From Phormidium sp. (GTDB lineage Bacteria > Cyanobacteriota > Cyanobacteriia > Cyanobacteriales > Aerosakkonemataceae), in the NCBI GenBank assembly GCA_051013385.1, contig CP143273.1, forward strand, positions 1,376,001 through 1,440,000: 64,000 bases of DNA, in the 5' to 3' direction. The position numbers and the translations under genes are program-made. Positions within the stretch are counted from its first letter, which is position 1. Each line of letters starts with the position of its first letter. Positions 61,898-64,000 of this stretch are shown in pieces. The notes below the pieces were generated by a model, which worked only from the letters and a program-made list of their open reading frames with translations, made no database searches and was not told the DNA's origin.

Positions 61898-62236
61898 ATG
61901 CAGATTGAAGATTACTTCAATTTTCTTGCTCCTGATGATATCCGACTTCAAGGAACTCGGATTGGTATTGAAAGTATTCTCTACGAGTACATATATCACT
62001 GTAAGACTCCTGAAGAAATTGCCACACAATTTCACACTGTTACCTTAGAGCAAGTTTATGCGACTATTTTGTACTATTTACACAACAAATCTGAGGTGAA
62101 CGCTTACCTTGCTAATTGGTTAGAATTTTCTCGCAAAATGCGTGCAGAACAACAGGAAAATCCCTCACCAGCTAGGCGGAGATTCCGTCAACTCAAAGCA
62201 GAAACGGCAAACTTGCAATCTGAAGAAAGAGTATGA
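61898..62236 (+). CDS. DUF433 family putative antitoxin
   Basis: IRLQGTRIGIE, TPEEIA, LEQVYATILYY. Confidence 0.88.
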   Translation: MQIEDYFNFLAPDDIRLQGTRIGIESILYEYIYHCKTPEEIATQFHTVTLEQVYATILYYLHNKSEVNAYLANWLEFSRKMRAEQQENPSPARRRFRQLKAETANLQSEERV

Positions 62237-62598
62237 GCATTAAGTATTTACTAGATGAACATATCTCTCCTATTTATCGTACTCAATTGGTGCGGAGGAA
62301 CCCAGAATTAATAGTTAGAATTATTGGCGATCCAGACGTTCCTGGTAAAGGGACATTAGACCCAGAAATTCTGATTTGGTGTGAAGCCAATCAATTTATT
62401 TTAGTGACTAACAATCGTAAATCAATGCCAAAACATCTCGCCGCTCATTTATCGCAAGGCAATCATGTTCCAGGTATTTTAGTTATTGATTTTGAACAAA
62501 GTATGGGTCAGATTCTTGAGGAATTAATCACGATCGCTGGCGCATCTTTTGATGATGAATATCAAGATCGCATTGAATATTTACCTTTAACTAGCTAA
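62233..62598 (+). CDS. DUF5615 family PIN-like putative toxin
   Basis: YLLDEHI, LDPEILIW, ILVTNN, HVPGIL; ATGA overlap with the DUF433 gene. Confidence 0.86.
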   Translation: MSIKYLLDEHISPIYRTQLVRRNPELIVRIIGDPDVPGKGTLDPEILIWCEANQFILVTNNRKSMPKHLAAHLSQGNHVPGILVIDFEQSMGQILEELITIAGASFDDEYQDRIEYLPLTS

Positions 62599-62660
62599 TT
62601 ACAACATCTCTTGATGCGAAAGACAAAATCAGTAGCCCGAAAAGTGAGATCGATCGCACT

Positions 62661-62730
62661 CCCCCCACCTCACCCCAAAAAAGAAAATGCGATCGCTCCC
62701 TCTCCCTGCTAAAAACAGAGTACGATCGCA
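62661..62730 (+). repeat. 70-bp HIP1-containing direct repeat, copy 2
   Basis: Matches 61778-61847. Confidence 0.88.
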
Positions 62731-62787
62731 TTAGATACAGATATTTTAATTTGGTGTGAAAAAAATCAGTTTATAGTAATAATGAAC
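62731..62787 (+). pseudogene. Internal fragment of a second DUF5615-like gene
   Basis: LDTDILIWCEKNQFIVIMN versus LDPEILIWCEANQFILVTN in the intact gene. Confidence 0.7.
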
Positions 62788-62806
62788 CCATATTATCGTA
62801 GCTTAC

Positions 62807-63469
62807 TTAATAAGCACCTGTTTGTCTCAGCATCAGAAAAAGTGTTTGAAAAATAATTACTAAGTCATACCAGGGGTTCCATAATTTTTGGTAACGCAAA
62901 TCGAGAGCAACAATAGCTTCAAAATCTTTGATGTTCGATCGACCATTTACTTGCCATTCACCTGTTATACCTGGTTTTACATTCAATCTTTGCCAGTGAT
63001 GTGCAGTGTAATGAACAACTTCATCTCTTGTGGGAGGACGAGTTCCAACTAAACTCATTTCCCCTGTGAAAACATTCCAAAATTGCGGAAATTCATCTAA
63101 ACTTGTGCGGCGTAAAAAGCGTCCAACTCTGGTAATACGGGGATCATTTTCGTTTTTGAATATTAATCCTTTGGCTTCGTTTTTAATTGAGGCTTTTAGT
63201 GCATCAGCGTTTTGCACCATCGTCCGAAATTTGTAAATTCGGAAAGTTTTACCATAAAGACCATAGCGTTTTTGAGAGTAGAAAATTGGGCCATGACTAT
63301 CTAATTTGATGGCAATGGCGATCGGGAAAAAAATTAAAGCTAAAATTAATAATCCGATTAAACTACCGATAATATCTATCAACCGTTTAGAGAGAGAGCT
63401 AGTGGAAGGGTGAGAAGTTCTGAGTGATAATGATAATGTACTCATTGAATTATTGACCTCAGATTGCAT
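62807..63469 (-). CDS. Bacterial sugar transferase (priming phosphoglycosyltransferase domain)
   Basis: KRLIDI, YKFRTM, DPRITRVG, LDEFPQFWNV, SLVGTRP, KPGITG. Confidence 0.92.
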   Translation of the reverse strand: MQSEVNNSMSTLSLSLRTSHPSTSSLSKRLIDIIGSLIGLLILALIFFPIAIAIKLDSHGPIFYSQKRYGLYGKTFRIYKFRTMVQNADALKASIKNEAKGLIFKNENDPRITRVGRFLRRTSLDEFPQFWNVFTGEMSLVGTRPPTRDEVVHYTAHHWQRLNVKPGITGEWQVNGRSNIKDFEAIVALDLRYQKLWNPWYDLVIIFQTLFLMLRQTGAY

Positions 63470-63526
63470 GGGTTTAGTTGAAGAGTAAATCAGATTTTAA
63501 TTAGCTTCTCAATGGAGTTACGCTTA

Positions 63527-63862
63527 TTAACTAGCGTTTGCGTAGCGTGCTGTGAAGCTTATTTCATCTCCATAAGGGCGCGATTCCTTTTTCCTTTGAG
63601 CCGCCTTTATTCCCCAGGTTGTAGCTTTAGAAATTAAATCTTTTAAAGTCTTTCTGGCTTGTTTTTGTTGCCAAAAGTAGCCATCTAAAGAAGTAGCGTA
63701 TAAAGGAGGTAGACGATTGAGAGCGTAAGCTATAGCATCATTTATATTGATAGATTTAGCGACATTTTCAGGTAGGTTTTGGAGTTGCTGCTCTACTTCT
63801 TCAATTACCAAGAGTTCCATTGCGTTACGATAATTTGAGAGTGATTTAGGTAGGGAATTCAT
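63527..63862 (-). CDS. ComFB (late competence development) family protein
   Basis: NAMELLV, AYALNRLPPLYATS. Confidence 0.85.
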   Translation of the reverse strand: MNSLPKSLSNYRNAMELLVIEEVEQQLQNLPENVAKSININDAIAYALNRLPPLYATSLDGYFWQQKQARKTLKDLISKATTWGIKAAQRKKESRPYGDEISFTARYANAS

Positions 63863-64000
63863 AGCTTAAAAACCTGAATGATGATAGTTGAATGGCGATC
63901 GGTTTAGAATTAGTTAGGTTTGTTTGTTTGTTTAACCTATCTTTAGTTTGCCCGATCGCACTTACTCCCGTCGATAGCTAAAGTTACAGCAGAATAGTAA

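Overview
Chromosomal window from a filamentous cyanobacterium, judged from the abundant HIP1 octamer GCGATCGC, STRR-type heptamer arrays, por, pxcA and a cyanobacterial rpoZ. Left to right it holds: an rhb-type NRPS-independent siderophore operon behind a perfect Fur-box palindrome; an intact IS607 (tnpA+tnpB) inserted into the 3' end of a cNMP/AAA+/4Fe-4S gene, whose missing tail can be read on the far side of the element; a heterodimeric ABC exporter; a permease-histidine kinase fusion; and housekeeping genes. The best candidate for an undescribed system lies just downstream of tRNA-Pro(GGG). It is a HIP1-free cassette of NurA-like nuclease, HAS-barrel-like protein, HerA-like ATPase and SPPY-type DNA methyltransferase, preceded by integrase arm-like repeats and followed by gene debris. 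A second accessory patch near the right end has a NERD-helicase-pentapeptide fusion, a foreign-looking P-loop protein with a possible nuclease tail, and a DUF433/DUF5615 toxin-antitoxin pair between 70-bp direct repeats. Many REP/MITE-like mini-elements occur, two of them in frame inside genes. All calls come from reading motifs by eye; no searches were run.
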